Positions 18,555 to 29,229 of a stretch of DNA of 64,000 nt are shown piece by piece (within the stretch, counting starts at the first letter, position 1; each line of letters begins with the position of its first letter). The stretch comes from a bacterium. Its GTDB lineage: Bacteria > Patescibacteriota > Microgenomatia > JAMCZE01. A program made the translations under genes and the position numbers. Where the stretch lies: NCBI GenBank assembly GCA_021836035.1, contig JAKBJL010000002.1:151282-215281 (forward strand), in the 5' to 3' direction. Below the pieces are notes generated by a model, which worked only from the letters and a program-made list of their open reading frames with translations, did not search any database and was not told the DNA's origin.

Positions 18555-19228
18555 CGGTACTTAGCTCCTTTCTTATCGCTGACAATCCTACCGTTTTCCA
18601 AGCGTAAAACCCGTTTTTCTAAGGAATCGACAATATCGGCATTGTGGGTTACCATAATTATGGTAATTCCCGCCTTGTTAGCTTTTTCCAGTATTTTTAT
18701 TATAGCCCAGGAATTTGCCGGATCAACATTTCCCGTCGGCTCGTCGGCCAGAATATACCGCGGATTGCCGACCAGTGCCCGGGCGAGGGCTACCCTCTGC
18801 AGTTCCCCGCCCGCCAGCTGAGCGGGAAACATCCCCAAATGTTCCCCCATTCCGACCAATTCCAAAGCCTCGCGGACATCATCTTTAATCTTTTTCTCCT
18901 TTTCTCCCAAAATCTCCAGGGACAAAGCGACGTTTTCGTAAACGTTGCGGTCCCAAAGCAACTTCAGATCCTGGAAGACAAACCCGATGTCCCGCCGCAG
19001 GCGGACAATATCCCCCGCCTTCATTTTAACCAGTTTCCAATCGCCGACGGTAATCTCCCCCGAACTTGGCAAAAAATCCCGCAGTATCAGTCTTAAAAAG
19101 GTAGTTTTCCCCGCCCCGGAAGGACCAACTAAAAAAACAAATTCGCCGTCGGCACATTCAAAATTGATATCTGCTAAAGCCGCGGTACCGTCGGGAAATT
19201 TTTTAGACACGTCGGCAAATTTGATCAT
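18551..19228 (-). CDS. ftsE: Cell division ATPase FtsE
   Basis: GPSGAGKTT, LAGGELQRV, ADEPTGNVD; upstream of ftsX. Confidence 0.93.
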   Translation of the reverse strand: MIKFADVSKKFPDGTAALADINFECADGEFVFLVGPSGAGKTTFLRLILRDFLPSSGEITVGDWKLVKMKAGDIVRLRRDIGFVFQDLKLLWDRNVYENVALSLEILGEKEKKIKDDVREALELVGMGEHLGMFPAQLAGGELQRVALARALVGNPRYILADEPTGNVDPANSWAIIKILEKANKAGITIIMVTHNADIVDSLEKRVLRLENGRIVSDKKGAKYR

Positions 19229-19257
19229 TTAAGGTAAGAACGGGCAGCCGGGGAGAA

Positions 19258-19719
19258 TCAATTAACTATTTTGATCCGGCCAATATCCATCAGCCAACCG
19301 GCTTTCTGGCCCTGGAAAGTCTGTCCCCAGACCTGGACTTTTTTCCCAACAAATTTATCGAGGTCAACGACAGAGCTGGTTAAATAAGCATTCTGGGAAA
19401 CATCCCCGCGGACGAGCACATAGCTTCCCTCTTTGGTGATCTTCCCGTCATTAACTTCTAAAGTCCCGGTGGCCGTATCGGGAAATTTGGCGGCATCGAC
19501 GACACCCTCTTCTGTGGGAGAATTAACTACTTTCACCCTTTCCCCGCCGATCCTCACAGTTCCGGATGTCCGCACTTGATAAATGCCGTAACCGGTGGCG
19601 GCTCCGGCGATAATCGCGACAAAAATTACGGCCAGGGCAATCAGTTTACTTCGGTCAGTACCGTTAGATGTCGGGACCATTGGCTGTATCAAAGGCTTCT
19701 CCGTTGGATTATCGACCAT
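19258..19719 (-). CDS. Single-TM hypothetical protein
   Basis: TM helix then small beta-rich domain. Confidence 0.75.
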   Translation of the reverse strand: MVDNPTEKPLIQPMVPTSNGTDRSKLIALAVIFVAIIAGAATGYGIYQVRTSGTVRIGGERVKVVNSPTEEGVVDAAKFPDTATGTLEVNDGKITKEGSYVLVRGDVSQNAYLTSSVVDLDKFVGKKVQVWGQTFQGQKAGWLMDIGRIKIVN

Positions 19720-19811
19720 ACTTTATACAGTAAACCATAGCATATTTGTAAAGAGATTTCTAGCCTTGGGGTTTTTGGGCAACGGCAGGCGGTAGCCTTC
19801 TAAGCCAAAAT

Positions 19812-20816
19812 TTAGCTTTTGGCAAAATAGTGCAATTCCGCCTCAATAAATTTATCCAGTCCTCCGTTAAGAATCGCTTCGGTATCGCTCTCCTCATGTT
19901 GGGTCCGCAGGTCTTTGACCAGATGGTAAGGGTGCAGGACGTAGCTTCTGATTTGGTTTCCCCAGCCCGGGGTAAGATGCTTTCCCCGCAAACGCATTTC
20001 TTCTTCATGCAATTTTTCTTCCCCGATAGCTAAAAGTTTCGCCCGCAGGACTTTTAAAGCCAGTTCCCGGTTCCGGCTCTGATCCCTCTCCTTTTGAGAA
20101 GTAACCACAATTCCCGTAGGTTTATGGGTCAGACGCACTGCCGAGCTGACCTTATTGACATTCTGACCGCCGTGGCCGCCGGAGCGGAAGAAATCCCAAA
20201 CGACATCCTCATCTTTAATTTCGATTTCGGCCGGACCGTTACCCGCTTCTTCCGTCAGGGGCAAAACCTCCATTAAAGCAAAGGAGGTTTGCCGCAGATG
20301 GTCGGCGTTAAACGGTGACAGGCGAACCAGGCGGTGTACCCCGGCTTCATATTTTAAGAGACCATAGGCATAATCGCCTAAAACCTCAAAGGTAACGGTT
20401 TTAATCCCGGCTTCGGTACCGGGTTCGTAATCAATTTCTTCCGTTTGCCAACCTTTGCTAGCCGCATACTTCCCGTACATCCGGTAAAGCATTCCCGTCC
20501 AATCCATCGCTTCCACTCCGCCCTGGCCGGCATGAAGGGAAATAATTGCCGGCAAATGATCGTATGGACCGGAAAGATAAAGCTGCGCTTCCAATTCCTC
20601 TACTAATTCCCCGGCGGGATTTTCCGTTAACCGTTCCAATTTTGTTATTAATTCCTCTAAGGCTGCCAGCTTCTTTGTTTTCGCTGTCGCCTCCGCCCGG
20701 TTAGTCCAAAAATCAGGTCTGGACATTTCCGCTTCCAATTCCCGGGCTTCCCGCCTTTTCGTATCGGGATCTAATTTTTCCAGAATTTTTTTGGCTCTTG
20801 CCTCCAAATCAGCCAT
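19812..20816 (-). CDS. prfB: Peptide chain release factor 2
   Basis: SPF and GGQ motifs; WGNQIRSYV; continuous frame. Confidence 0.95.
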   Translation of the reverse strand: MADLEARAKKILEKLDPDTKRREARELEAEMSRPDFWTNRAEATAKTKKLAALEELITKLERLTENPAGELVEELEAQLYLSGPYDHLPAIISLHAGQGGVEAMDWTGMLYRMYGKYAASKGWQTEEIDYEPGTEAGIKTVTFEVLGDYAYGLLKYEAGVHRLVRLSPFNADHLRQTSFALMEVLPLTEEAGNGPAEIEIKDEDVVWDFFRSGGHGGQNVNKVSSAVRLTHKPTGIVVTSQKERDQSRNRELALKVLRAKLLAIGEEKLHEEEMRLRGKHLTPGWGNQIRSYVLHPYHLVKDLRTQHEESDTEAILNGGLDKFIEAELHYFAKS

Positions 20817-20858
20817 ACTCTTATACTTTAAACCTTAAACTTTTGAGCTTATTCTAAT

Positions 20859-21491
20859 TCAGAGCCGGGAATCTATTTCCTTGGAGAACTCATTGAGGGT
20901 CAGGCCACCGGTAAAGCGTGTCCCGTTAATAAAGAAAGTGGGAGTAGCCGAAATTCCTGCTTTATTTCCGTCCGCCTGATCAGCAAGAACCCGTTGCCTT
21001 ACGGCGTCAGAGTCCAAATCTTTATTAAACTTTTCCGTATTCAAACCCAAGTCTTTAGCGTAAGTTTTCAGGTCGTCCATAGATAACGCCGGGGATTTCT
21101 CAAAAAGTAAATTATGCATCTCCCAGAATTTTCCCTGGAGAGCGGCCGCTTCCGCGGCTTCCGCGGCGGCAAAAGCGTCCGTATGCTGCGGCAGAGGGAA
21201 ATGGCGATAAACAAAGCGAATTTTGTCTTTATATTTAGCCAATATCTGTTCTACCGTCGGTTCGGCCTCTTTACAAGCCGGGCATTCAAAATCGGAAAAC
21301 TCCACCACCGTGACTTTTGCATCCTGCGGCCCTAAGGTGTGGCTGTCAGAGCGCACAAGCACCTCAGCAGCTACCGGCTGATCCGGAGTAGCCGGCGGCT
21401 GGGAACCGCCGCCGGAAAACAGAGTCGCTCCTAAAACAATTAAAAAAGTCGCGGCAATAATGCCAATCGCCAACTTAATTTCTGAATTCAT
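20859..21491 (-). CDS. DsbA/BdbD-like thiol-disulfide oxidoreductase
   Basis: FSDFECPAC, ATPTFFING; start reassigned to ATG 21491. Confidence 0.92.
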   Translation of the reverse strand: MNSEIKLAIGIIAATFLIVLGATLFSGGGSQPPATPDQPVAAEVLVRSDSHTLGPQDAKVTVVEFSDFECPACKEAEPTVEQILAKYKDKIRFVYRHFPLPQHTDAFAAAEAAEAAALQGKFWEMHNLLFEKSPALSMDDLKTYAKDLGLNTEKFNKDLDSDAVRQRVLADQADGNKAGISATPTFFINGTRFTGGLTLNEFSKEIDSRL

Positions 21492-23937
21492 ACTGTTGAT
21501 TATACAACCTGTTTGCCGGTCGGACAAAAGGTTGTTCCGGTCTTTTCTTGCCGACCTGACCGTAATAAGCAATCTTAAAAATATCCAAAACAAAAAGATA
21601 GATAGCGGTTATAGCGACAATCAGCGCTAAAAGTCGGAAATCCAGCGCGGTAAAATGGAAAACGGCAGCAAAGGGCAGATACGGCAACAGTAAAACAAAA
21701 AGGCAAACCAATAAAGTTGCCGCGGTCAGCACCATCCCCGGCGGCAGCCCCCGGAACATGCTGCCCCTGCGGCGGACGGAAAATATCACTACCAAATTGG
21801 TTAAAGTCAGCAAAACAAACCAGGCGGTTCTTAGCGTTTCGATCGGAAGCGGGTGCAAATAAAAATAGAAGGATAAATTTAAAAGGGTCGTCACCCCGCC
21901 AAGGAGCAGGGGTAAAAGCAAAAGGTCGGCAAGACGATGCTTAGCCGGCCGGTGTAGTTCCTCGTGGTCTACATTATCACTGGCAACCGCCAGCTGCGGT
22001 AAATCGGAAAGCAATCCGGTCAAAATCAGCTGGACAGGTAAGAGCGGCAAAAAATCCGTGACCAGCGAAATAATCGCCACCGCAAAAAAATTGCCCCAAT
22101 TGGATACCATGGTATGCTTTATATACTTATCAATATTGGCAAAAATCCGGCGACCCGATTCAATCCCGTCAATGACCACTTTTAAATCCGGTTTGAGAAG
22201 CAGAATATCCGCCGCTTCCGTAGCGACTTCTGCCGCCCCGCTGACGGCAATACCGACATGAGCCGCTTTCAGAGCCGGGGCATCATTAATTCCGTCACCA
22301 AGGTAACCGACAACATAGCAGCTCTTCAGGGTTTCGATAATCTTATATTTTTGCTCGGGCATAATCCGGGCAAAAACCAATCCTTCCCGGCAAGCCCGGG
22401 TAAATTCCTCTGCGGACATTTTTTCCAAATCCGGGCCGGTAAAACAAAGGTCGTTTTTGTCCAATAAACCCACGTTCACAGCGGCATGACGGGCAACTCC
22501 CAAACTGTCGCCGGAAATAATTTTTACCTGGACAGCCAGTTTCCGGGCCAGGGAAATCGCATTTTGGGCCGTAGGTCTTAGGGGGTCATCGAGACTGAAA
22601 TAGCCCAGATATTCCAGACCGCCGTCATCAAATTGGTTTTCCAGAGTAAAGCTGTTGCTGACCTTTTTATATGCTACTACTAAATGCCGTAAGCCCTCCT
22701 GTTCTTCGCGGTCAATTTTATTTATCCAGATACTTTTCCCGTCATCGGTACATTGCCGGAATACTTCCGCCGGAGATCCCATGACAACCAAAACCCGCTG
22801 TTTGCCGTCGCCAATCAAGGCATAACGCCGCCGTAAGCGCGGATCAAAAGGCAAATAAGCTATAAGCTTCAGGTTTTTGTTCCGGGATACTAGATCCGCC
22901 GGGATTTTTCTTCTCAGAGCGGTATCAATAGTATCTCCCTGCTCCAAACAAAAATAAGAATAAGCAAATAATTTAGCCAAAGTTTTGGATACCGCTTCTT
23001 TGACCGTCAGCATATTCTGGGTAATGGTTCCCGTTTTGTCGGTGCAGAGGACCTCAATGTTCCCTAAGTCTTCTACCGCGGAAAGCCTTTTTACCACCAC
23101 ATGTTCCCGGGCCAGCTTTAACGCCCCGGCCGAAAGAGTCAGAGTCGATATCGCCGGCAAAGCCTCCGGGACTACGGAAATAGCCAGCGCCAGGGTAAAG
23201 AGAAAAACGTTCAGTATGGTAGCCACGCTTACACCCCTGATCCCCAGATGCAGACCGAAAACAAGGGTCAGGGCGATAACGGTTACCAGCATCAAAAAAT
23301 TGCTTAACTGGGCAATATTTTCTTCGTACTGACTTTTTTTCCGGAGAGCCGTACTTAACCCGGCGATTTTACCCAAGCGCGTCTGCATGCCCGTAGCCGT
23401 TACTTCCATTTCCGCATAGCCATGAAGCACCGTCGTTCCCATAAACGCCCGATCGCCTTTGGCTTTGTCTGCCGGGAAGGTCTCGCCGGTCAAGAGCGAC
23501 TCATCAATGGCTAAACCCTCACTGAACTTAATCTCCCCGTCAGCCGGAGCAATATCTCCCTCTTCTAAAATCACGCTATCTCCCGGGACGATTTCCGCTT
23601 CGGGAATTTTTACCACCCGGTTATCCCGCCGGACCGTCGCGGTCTTTTTAATTAGGTTATGCAGCTTTTCGATAAACTTTTCGCTTTTATACTCCTGATA
23701 AAAACTCAGGACGGTATTAACCAGAAGGATTACGGTGATGGTCAGGCCGTCGGCAGGTCCGGAGAGGAAGAAGGAAATAAGAGCTGCCAAAATTAAAAAA
23801 TATACCAACGGGCTTCTGATCTGCTTTCCCAAAGTCCGCCAAATGGAAAGCCGGTAGCCGGTAATAAGGTTGGCGCCATTTTGCTTTAACCGGTCGGCGG
23901 CTTCAGCCGAAGTTAATCCGGGCAGTTGCTGTACCAT
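21475..23937 (-). CDS. Cation-transporting P-type ATPase
   Basis: TGE, PEALP, DKTGT, GDGINDAP. Confidence 0.93.
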   Translation of the reverse strand: MVQQLPGLTSAEAADRLKQNGANLITGYRLSIWRTLGKQIRSPLVYFLILAALISFFLSGPADGLTITVILLVNTVLSFYQEYKSEKFIEKLHNLIKKTATVRRDNRVVKIPEAEIVPGDSVILEEGDIAPADGEIKFSEGLAIDESLLTGETFPADKAKGDRAFMGTTVLHGYAEMEVTATGMQTRLGKIAGLSTALRKKSQYEENIAQLSNFLMLVTVIALTLVFGLHLGIRGVSVATILNVFLFTLALAISVVPEALPAISTLTLSAGALKLAREHVVVKRLSAVEDLGNIEVLCTDKTGTITQNMLTVKEAVSKTLAKLFAYSYFCLEQGDTIDTALRRKIPADLVSRNKNLKLIAYLPFDPRLRRRYALIGDGKQRVLVVMGSPAEVFRQCTDDGKSIWINKIDREEQEGLRHLVVAYKKVSNSFTLENQFDDGGLEYLGYFSLDDPLRPTAQNAISLARKLAVQVKIISGDSLGVARHAAVNVGLLDKNDLCFTGPDLEKMSAEEFTRACREGLVFARIMPEQKYKIIETLKSCYVVGYLGDGINDAPALKAAHVGIAVSGAAEVATEAADILLLKPDLKVVIDGIESGRRIFANIDKYIKHTMVSNWGNFFAVAIISLVTDFLPLLPVQLILTGLLSDLPQLAVASDNVDHEELHRPAKHRLADLLLLPLLLGGVTTLLNLSFYFYLHPLPIETLRTAWFVLLTLTNLVVIFSVRRRGSMFRGLPPGMVLTAATLLVCLFVLLLPYLPFAAVFHFTALDFRLLALIVAITAIYLFVLDIFKIAYYGQVGKKRPEQPFVRPANRLYNQQYEFRN

Positions 23938-23949
23938 GATGCGCGAAAA

Positions 23950-24588
23950 TTAAAAAAAGGCTACGGATATCGTCCCCAAAGAGGCTCCCAGAAAGACCCC
24001 GCCAAAGACATCAGAAGTCCAGTGTTCTCCCAAATAGATCCGGCTGACGGCCATGATAAAGGCCGTGAGGATGGCCAAAGCCAAAGCTGCTGTTTTTTGC
24101 TGGCGGTTGCCCAGATAGCGCCAGGCCAAAAAAACTCCGACTACCAGGAGGTATATTGTCCGGCTGACATGGCCCGAAGGGAAACTATAATCCGTCCGCA
24201 CATAAGCTGTGGGAAAAACAAAAGGCAGATTATAGCGGAAAAAAATCGATGGCGGGCCGGGATGGAAAACAAACAATTTACCGATAATTTCAAAAACGAA
24301 AATAAAACCGAAGAGAAGCAGCGCCAAGGGAAGCTTTTTTGTCCGCTGATAAAGTAACCAGGCAAAAAAAAGCAGGATCAGGCTCGTTACCTCTGAACTA
24401 CCAAGCAACGAAAAAAAGGAAAGGGGAATATCCAAAAAGCGGGGGATCAGCCGCTGGACATATTCCGTAATTATAGGATCGATCACGGTGAAATAACGCT
24501 GGATCTCGAGGAACATCAGAAGTAAAAACCCGGCAAACAGTACCCCACCCTTACCCAAAACCACCCGTTTCCCTTTTTTCCATCTCAT
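23950..24588 (-). CDS. PAP2-family membrane phosphatase
   Basis: SFPSGH, SRIYLGEHW.SDV. Confidence 0.9.
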   Translation of the reverse strand: MRWKKGKRVVLGKGGVLFAGFLLLMFLEIQRYFTVIDPIITEYVQRLIPRFLDIPLSFFSLLGSSEVTSLILLFFAWLLYQRTKKLPLALLLFGFIFVFEIIGKLFVFHPGPPSIFFRYNLPFVFPTAYVRTDYSFPSGHVSRTIYLLVVGVFLAWRYLGNRQQKTAALALAILTAFIMAVSRIYLGEHWTSDVFGGVFLGASLGTISVAFF

Positions 24589-24629
24589 CCCTTTTATCTT
24601 ACCAAATCTCCTCCGGAATTTCCCGGCCG

Positions 24630-24953
24630 CTAGTAAACCTTAATAACTTCACCCTGGGGAGACATTTCCACGAAATGATGAGCACGACCTTCACGGAAAT
24701 CGGCGCATTGGTTCTCGGGTCGGTCGTCAAGAGGCTGGCGCGGCAGATGCGCAATATCCAGCACCCAATCATCAGCAATTTTTCCCAGACAGGGACCGTT
24801 TTGCAAATCTTTCTTCTGCGCCACGGCCTGGTTATAGCGTAGCCTTGCTTTGGCTAAAATATCCGGCTTCTGGACTAAAAGCACCCCCCAGCCGACTAAA
24901 GCCAATAAGATTAACAAAATCCCCCCGATAAGCAAAAACGTTTTTCCGGCCAT
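24630..24953 (-). CDS. Exported hypothetical protein with two Cys
   Basis: TM; GPCLG..DWVLDIAH.PR..NQC. Confidence 0.75.
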   Translation of the reverse strand: MAGKTFLLIGGILLILLALVGWGVLLVQKPDILAKARLRYNQAVAQKKDLQNGPCLGKIADDWVLDIAHLPRQPLDDRPENQCADFREGRAHHFVEMSPQGEVIKVY

Positions 24954-25091
24954 TTACCCATTTTACCCTAAAGCGCGGGATAATTTTGAACGGGGCGGCA
25001 TTTGTTTCCCTTGCGCGGGAGGTAACAATATTTATACCTATTTTAATTACGACAGTTTGGGTTTTGCTCCGGTAAATACCCTCCGGTTTCG

Positions 25092-26564
25092 TCAAAAGCT
25101 TTCGGGAATGTCATAGCGCAATCTGTAAACGCGCAGGTCAATACCATTGGCAAATTTTTTCTCCTTCAGCATTTGATAATGGGTATCCAGATAGTTGCGG
25201 ATCCGCGATTCGTAACCCTGGTCATAAGACAAAACGAGAAATAACCGGGCGTACTCCGTTTTGTAACTATTCAGCTGGTCGGTTAATCCCGCTAGGGTAA
25301 AAGGGGGAATCGGCCCCTGGACATAACGGTCCCAGTTGGGAATGGTATCGATGCGGGCATGGCCGGTATAAGCATACTCGAGAGGATAAACGGTAAATGG
25401 GGCGCTGACGGCAATAATGTCGCCCGGAGTAGCGTTTTGGGAAAGATAATTAGCCACCCCCCGATAGTTTTCTTCCGCCGGCGTAGAGGAGGTGAAGTCC
25501 TGGTAAAGCAGCAGGCCAACCATAATCACCAGTAAACCGACAATGAGAAAACGCGCCATCCGTCCGCTGAATCCGCTCAGCGACCAGGCAATAAGAAAAA
25601 ATAGGGTCGGGAGAACAAAGATAAGATAGCGTGAAAGATAAACCGGGCGGATAAAAGAAGCCATAAAAACCAGGATAATCGGGGCAAATGTGATCAGAAA
25701 AAAATAATCGATATCCCGTCCGGCAATTTTACCGCCCCGGGTAAAAGTAAAAAAAAGGAAAATAACTAAAAGCGGCCAGAGGGAAACCAGAACTCCTTCA
25801 ATCGTTCGGTTTTGAAAACCGAAAAGAAAATCGCTAAAAGTCTGAAACAGGTTATAAGCGGAAGGCCGGGCAAGTACCGGTTGTGAGCTGGCCGCCAAAC
25901 CATGACTTAAAAAATAGATCGCCCAAGGTAAAAAAATTAAAAAGGGCGGCGTCAGCAAAGCTAGAAACAAGAGGATAAAGCGTTTCTGGGCTAGGCATTT
26001 GAAAAATATATAGACGGTTTGGACAAAAACGACCAGGAGAAAGAAGTAATGCGTATATAAACCCAGGGTGGTTGCCAACAGATAGCCCACTTTCCCCTGT
26101 CCGCCCCGGGAACGGAAAACGCGTAAAAAATATATATTACTCCAGGTAGTAGCCAGAGTAAAAAGCATATACATCCGCGTTTCGCTGCTATACCAGAGGG
26201 CAAAAGGCGAGAGGGCAAAAAGCACTGTGGTCAGATAGGCAACGCTGTACCCGGCCGCTTCTTTCGCCAGAACGAAAATAAACGGCAGGGTCAATAAAAA
26301 AAAGGCCAGGGAAAGCGTGCGGGCAAAAACAATATCCGTACCGAAAACCTGGACCCAAAAGTGTAATAGGAGGTTATAAAGCGGCGGATGGACATCCTGA
26401 GACATTAAATAAAAGATATCCCCGGCCGATTTAGTGGCCACCCAAATCGATTGAGACTCGTCCAGGCGGACCGATTGGGTATAAAGAGAAAAAGCGCTAA
26501 AAAGCACTGAAGCCATAATTAAAAGCACCATCCAAACCGGCAAAGAAAATATTTTTCTAGACAC
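25092..26564 (-). CDS. GT-C fold glycosyltransferase (family 39/ArnT-PMT-like)
   Basis: RLDE, DVHPPLY, ETRMY; multi-TM. Confidence 0.88.
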   Translation of the reverse strand: MSRKIFSLPVWMVLLIMASVLFSAFSLYTQSVRLDESQSIWVATKSAGDIFYLMSQDVHPPLYNLLLHFWVQVFGTDIVFARTLSLAFFLLTLPFIFVLAKEAAGYSVAYLTTVLFALSPFALWYSSETRMYMLFTLATTWSNIYFLRVFRSRGGQGKVGYLLATTLGLYTHYFFLLVVFVQTVYIFFKCLAQKRFILLFLALLTPPFLIFLPWAIYFLSHGLAASSQPVLARPSAYNLFQTFSDFLFGFQNRTIEGVLVSLWPLLVIFLFFTFTRGGKIAGRDIDYFFLITFAPIILVFMASFIRPVYLSRYLIFVLPTLFFLIAWSLSGFSGRMARFLIVGLLVIMVGLLLYQDFTSSTPAEENYRGVANYLSQNATPGDIIAVSAPFTVYPLEYAYTGHARIDTIPNWDRYVQGPIPPFTLAGLTDQLNSYKTEYARLFLVLSYDQGYESRIRNYLDTHYQMLKEKKFANGIDLRVYRLRYDIPESF

Positions 26565-28038
26565 GGTTCTCTCCTTTCATGGCAGCATTAATAAAGGGTA
26601 CAAAGGTAATAATATTAAAAATTTCCCAGGCGACGTTGGTGGCGACCGACGGGTCAATGCCTTCCCGCATAATACCAACCGCCGCCGCGGCCGCGGAGAG
26701 AAATATATAAAAAAGGTGGGGATAAGCTAAGAAGAGAAAATTCCCCCGCTGGGCAGTTTTAGGCGTGACCGTAAAAGCTTTCGCCTCCCGAAAAAGCGCG
26801 GATTTCAAAGCGGAAAGCTGCAGGAACCAACTGCTGTGGGTAAAAGAGATTGCCCGGAAAGTCAAGCTGCCGCGCGAAGCAACACTTAAAGTATACAGAT
26901 TCAAAAACATGAAAGGCACAAAAAAAACGGCAAAATTCGTCGTCGAAGAAACTACCGGCTGGATGCCGGTGAATAAAAAAGCCAGCGGCATGATCATATC
27001 AGCCAAAACAATCAAGCCGTTAAGGTAGAAAAGAGAAGAAGCCAGATATTGGATTTTTTGCGGGAGCAAAAGACCCTTTTTAAAAAGAGGGTTATTATAA
27101 ATTAAAACTCCGAGGTTGCCGTGAGCCCAGCGGATCTGCTGTTTGTAATAGGAAAGCAAATCCTCCGGCCCCAAACCGGCGGATAATACGTCAGTTAAGT
27201 AATAAGATTGCCAGCCCTTGGCGTGAATTAACAAGGAGGTCAGAAAGTCTTCCGCAATATTTTCCTCCTGCATACCGCCGACTTCGAGCAGTGCTTTCCG
27301 CCTGATCGTCACATTGGTACCGCAAATAAATGCCGCATTGACGCTGTCTTTCCCTTCCATCACCGGACCGAAAAAAAATTCCTGCTGTTCCCAAGCTCCC
27401 CCGGCGACGTTACTGTCCGCCGCATTGCGGTAAAACTGAGGAGTTTGTACAAAACCAACCTGTGGGTTTTTAAAATAGGGAACGGTCCTCTTTAAAAAAC
27501 TTTTCTTGGGCGCCATATCCGCATCAAAAATAGCCACTAATTCTCCATCGGTTTGCTGCAGCGCATCGTTGATGTTTCCCGCTTTAGCTCCGTGAGCAAT
27601 CTTCCGGGTAAAACAACGGATATGCATTTCCTGCGCCATGGTTTCGATCTCCTGCCAATTTTCTTTTTTAGCCACATAACCGTCATTTAAAATAAACACC
27701 TGGTGATGGGGATAATCCAGGTTTTTTGCCGCCAGCGCCGTTTGCGCGACAATCTCCAGCGGTTCTCCGGCTACCGGGATAAAAACATCGACTGTCGGAT
27801 AAAAACTGCTGGCAGTGACAAAATCCGGGTGCCGCTTTTTCTGCGGCCAGACGGTGTACCAAAAGGACAAAGCCATCAGTAAATGATAAACTTCTCCGGC
27901 AAAAAGCAAGCCGAAAAGATAAGGATTGCCGATCTTGCCGGGAGCCAGCCACCAGGAAAAATAAACCGCCGCCACCAGAATATTCACCAACAGTAAACTG
28001 CGGGAAACTTGCTGTAAATTGATTGCTTCCTCTGGCAT
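26557..28038 (-). CDS. Cellulose-synthase-like processive GT2 (BcsA-like, no PilZ)
   Basis: LNDG, AKAGN, FDAD, VQTPQ, FICGT, AED, QQIRW; start reassigned to ATG 28038. Confidence 0.9.
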   Translation of the reverse strand: MPEEAINLQQVSRSLLLVNILVAAVYFSWWLAPGKIGNPYLFGLLFAGEVYHLLMALSFWYTVWPQKKRHPDFVTASSFYPTVDVFIPVAGEPLEIVAQTALAAKNLDYPHHQVFILNDGYVAKKENWQEIETMAQEMHIRCFTRKIAHGAKAGNINDALQQTDGELVAIFDADMAPKKSFLKRTVPYFKNPQVGFVQTPQFYRNAADSNVAGGAWEQQEFFFGPVMEGKDSVNAAFICGTNVTIRRKALLEVGGMQEENIAEDFLTSLLIHAKGWQSYYLTDVLSAGLGPEDLLSYYKQQIRWAHGNLGVLIYNNPLFKKGLLLPQKIQYLASSLFYLNGLIVLADMIMPLAFLFTGIQPVVSSTTNFAVFFVPFMFLNLYTLSVASRGSLTFRAISFTHSSWFLQLSALKSALFREAKAFTVTPKTAQRGNFLFLAYPHLFYIFLSAAAAAVGIMREGIDPSVATNVAWEIFNIITFVPFINAAMKGENRV

Positions 28039-28043
28039 ATGAC

Positions 28044-29225
28044 TCAGTAATGATCCAGCGCTTTCGCATACAGAGCCGCTCCGAACCAAAGCCAATTCTG
28101 ATCATAATAAGGTAGTTCGGAATTAAAACTATTGGTATCGTTGGAATAAAGCCGCACTATTTTTTCATCATAAATTCTTTTAGCCAGAAGGGGATGGACG
28201 GCAAGGAAATAACCTATCGCCGTCGCATACATGGCCGGGCTCTCATGGCCGTTGAGAACCGTTCCGTCATGCGCGTAGGAAGTCGCCAATTTTCCGTTAT
28301 GATTAAAGTCGGAAAGCAATCTGCCGAAATTATTCTGCAGATAAGATAGGGCCTGCGGCTCGTGATTCCACTCCCAATCCAAAGCGATCCGCCAGGGAAT
28401 GCGCATAGCATCAAAGGAGTAATTGGTCGTGAGACTTGGGATATCCGGCGCCCGGGGTTTGCCGGTAGTGCGGTCGACAACTATCCAGTCCGGCGGCAAG
28501 CCCGCGGAGACAGATTTGTCCAGAGGGTCCCGGCTGACTTCTTCTAAAAGACCATATGCCGGTCCGATTAAATCGTTCCAGCGGTGCTCCGGTTTTTTAT
28601 CCGTCTGAGCAAAAATTCTCCAGGCGTAAGGGGCGAAATAAGAAGGGTTGATAACTACCTCCTTATCGTTTTGCGCCCAATTACCTGCTGTCACATAAAA
28701 ATTCCCCGAAACCGTAGCGACCTCCTTGCCCCAAATATCACCCAAAATATTTTGGGCGTCCCGGTCGTAAGTAGTCACGTGCCAACGCCGGTCCGCCAGG
28801 ATTAAGGCAAGAGCAATATCGGTATCCGCATCGCTGGCGCTGTTATTCCCCCCTCCCGAGAGAAAACCGAAACTACCGTCCGGCTTCTTTCCCCACCGCC
28901 AGCCGAACAAATAATCTCCCGGCCGTTTTAAATTTTCCCTGGTCCATTTCCAGATCTGGTCAAATGCCTGCTTATCGTCTACCCATACCGCCCGTAATAA
29001 AGCATAGCTTTGCCCTTCGGAAGTTGTCAGCGAATTATTGCCATAATCAATAACCCGTCCGTCACCGTTAATAAATTGCCTTTTATATTTTTCCCAGGAG
29101 GAAGTTAACAGCGTATAATTCGAAAACGGACGGGTCACTCCGTTATATCCGTTGTTGATGTACAAAACGGAAATAAAGATAATGATACCGATAATAATGG
29201 CGGTATAGCCGAGATATTGGCGCAT
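28044..29225 (-). CDS. GH8 endoglucanase (BcsZ-like)
   Basis: TTSEGQSY, SASDAD, NPSY, FDAMRIPW. Confidence 0.92.
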   Translation of the reverse strand: MRQYLGYTAIIIGIIIFISVLYINNGYNGVTRPFSNYTLLTSSWEKYKRQFINGDGRVIDYGNNSLTTSEGQSYALLRAVWVDDKQAFDQIWKWTRENLKRPGDYLFGWRWGKKPDGSFGFLSGGGNNSASDADTDIALALILADRRWHVTTYDRDAQNILGDIWGKEVATVSGNFYVTAGNWAQNDKEVVINPSYFAPYAWRIFAQTDKKPEHRWNDLIGPAYGLLEEVSRDPLDKSVSAGLPPDWIVVDRTTGKPRAPDIPSLTTNYSFDAMRIPWRIALDWEWNHEPQALSYLQNNFGRLLSDFNHNGKLATSYAHDGTVLNGHESPAMYATAIGYFLAVHPLLAKRIYDEKIVRLYSNDTNSFNSELPYYDQNWLWFGAALYAKALDHY

Positions 29226-29229
29226 CTTT

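Noticed and set aside
19812-20816. prfB programmed frameshift
   Set aside because: Frame is continuous with no CTT-TGA site; loss is known in many lineages
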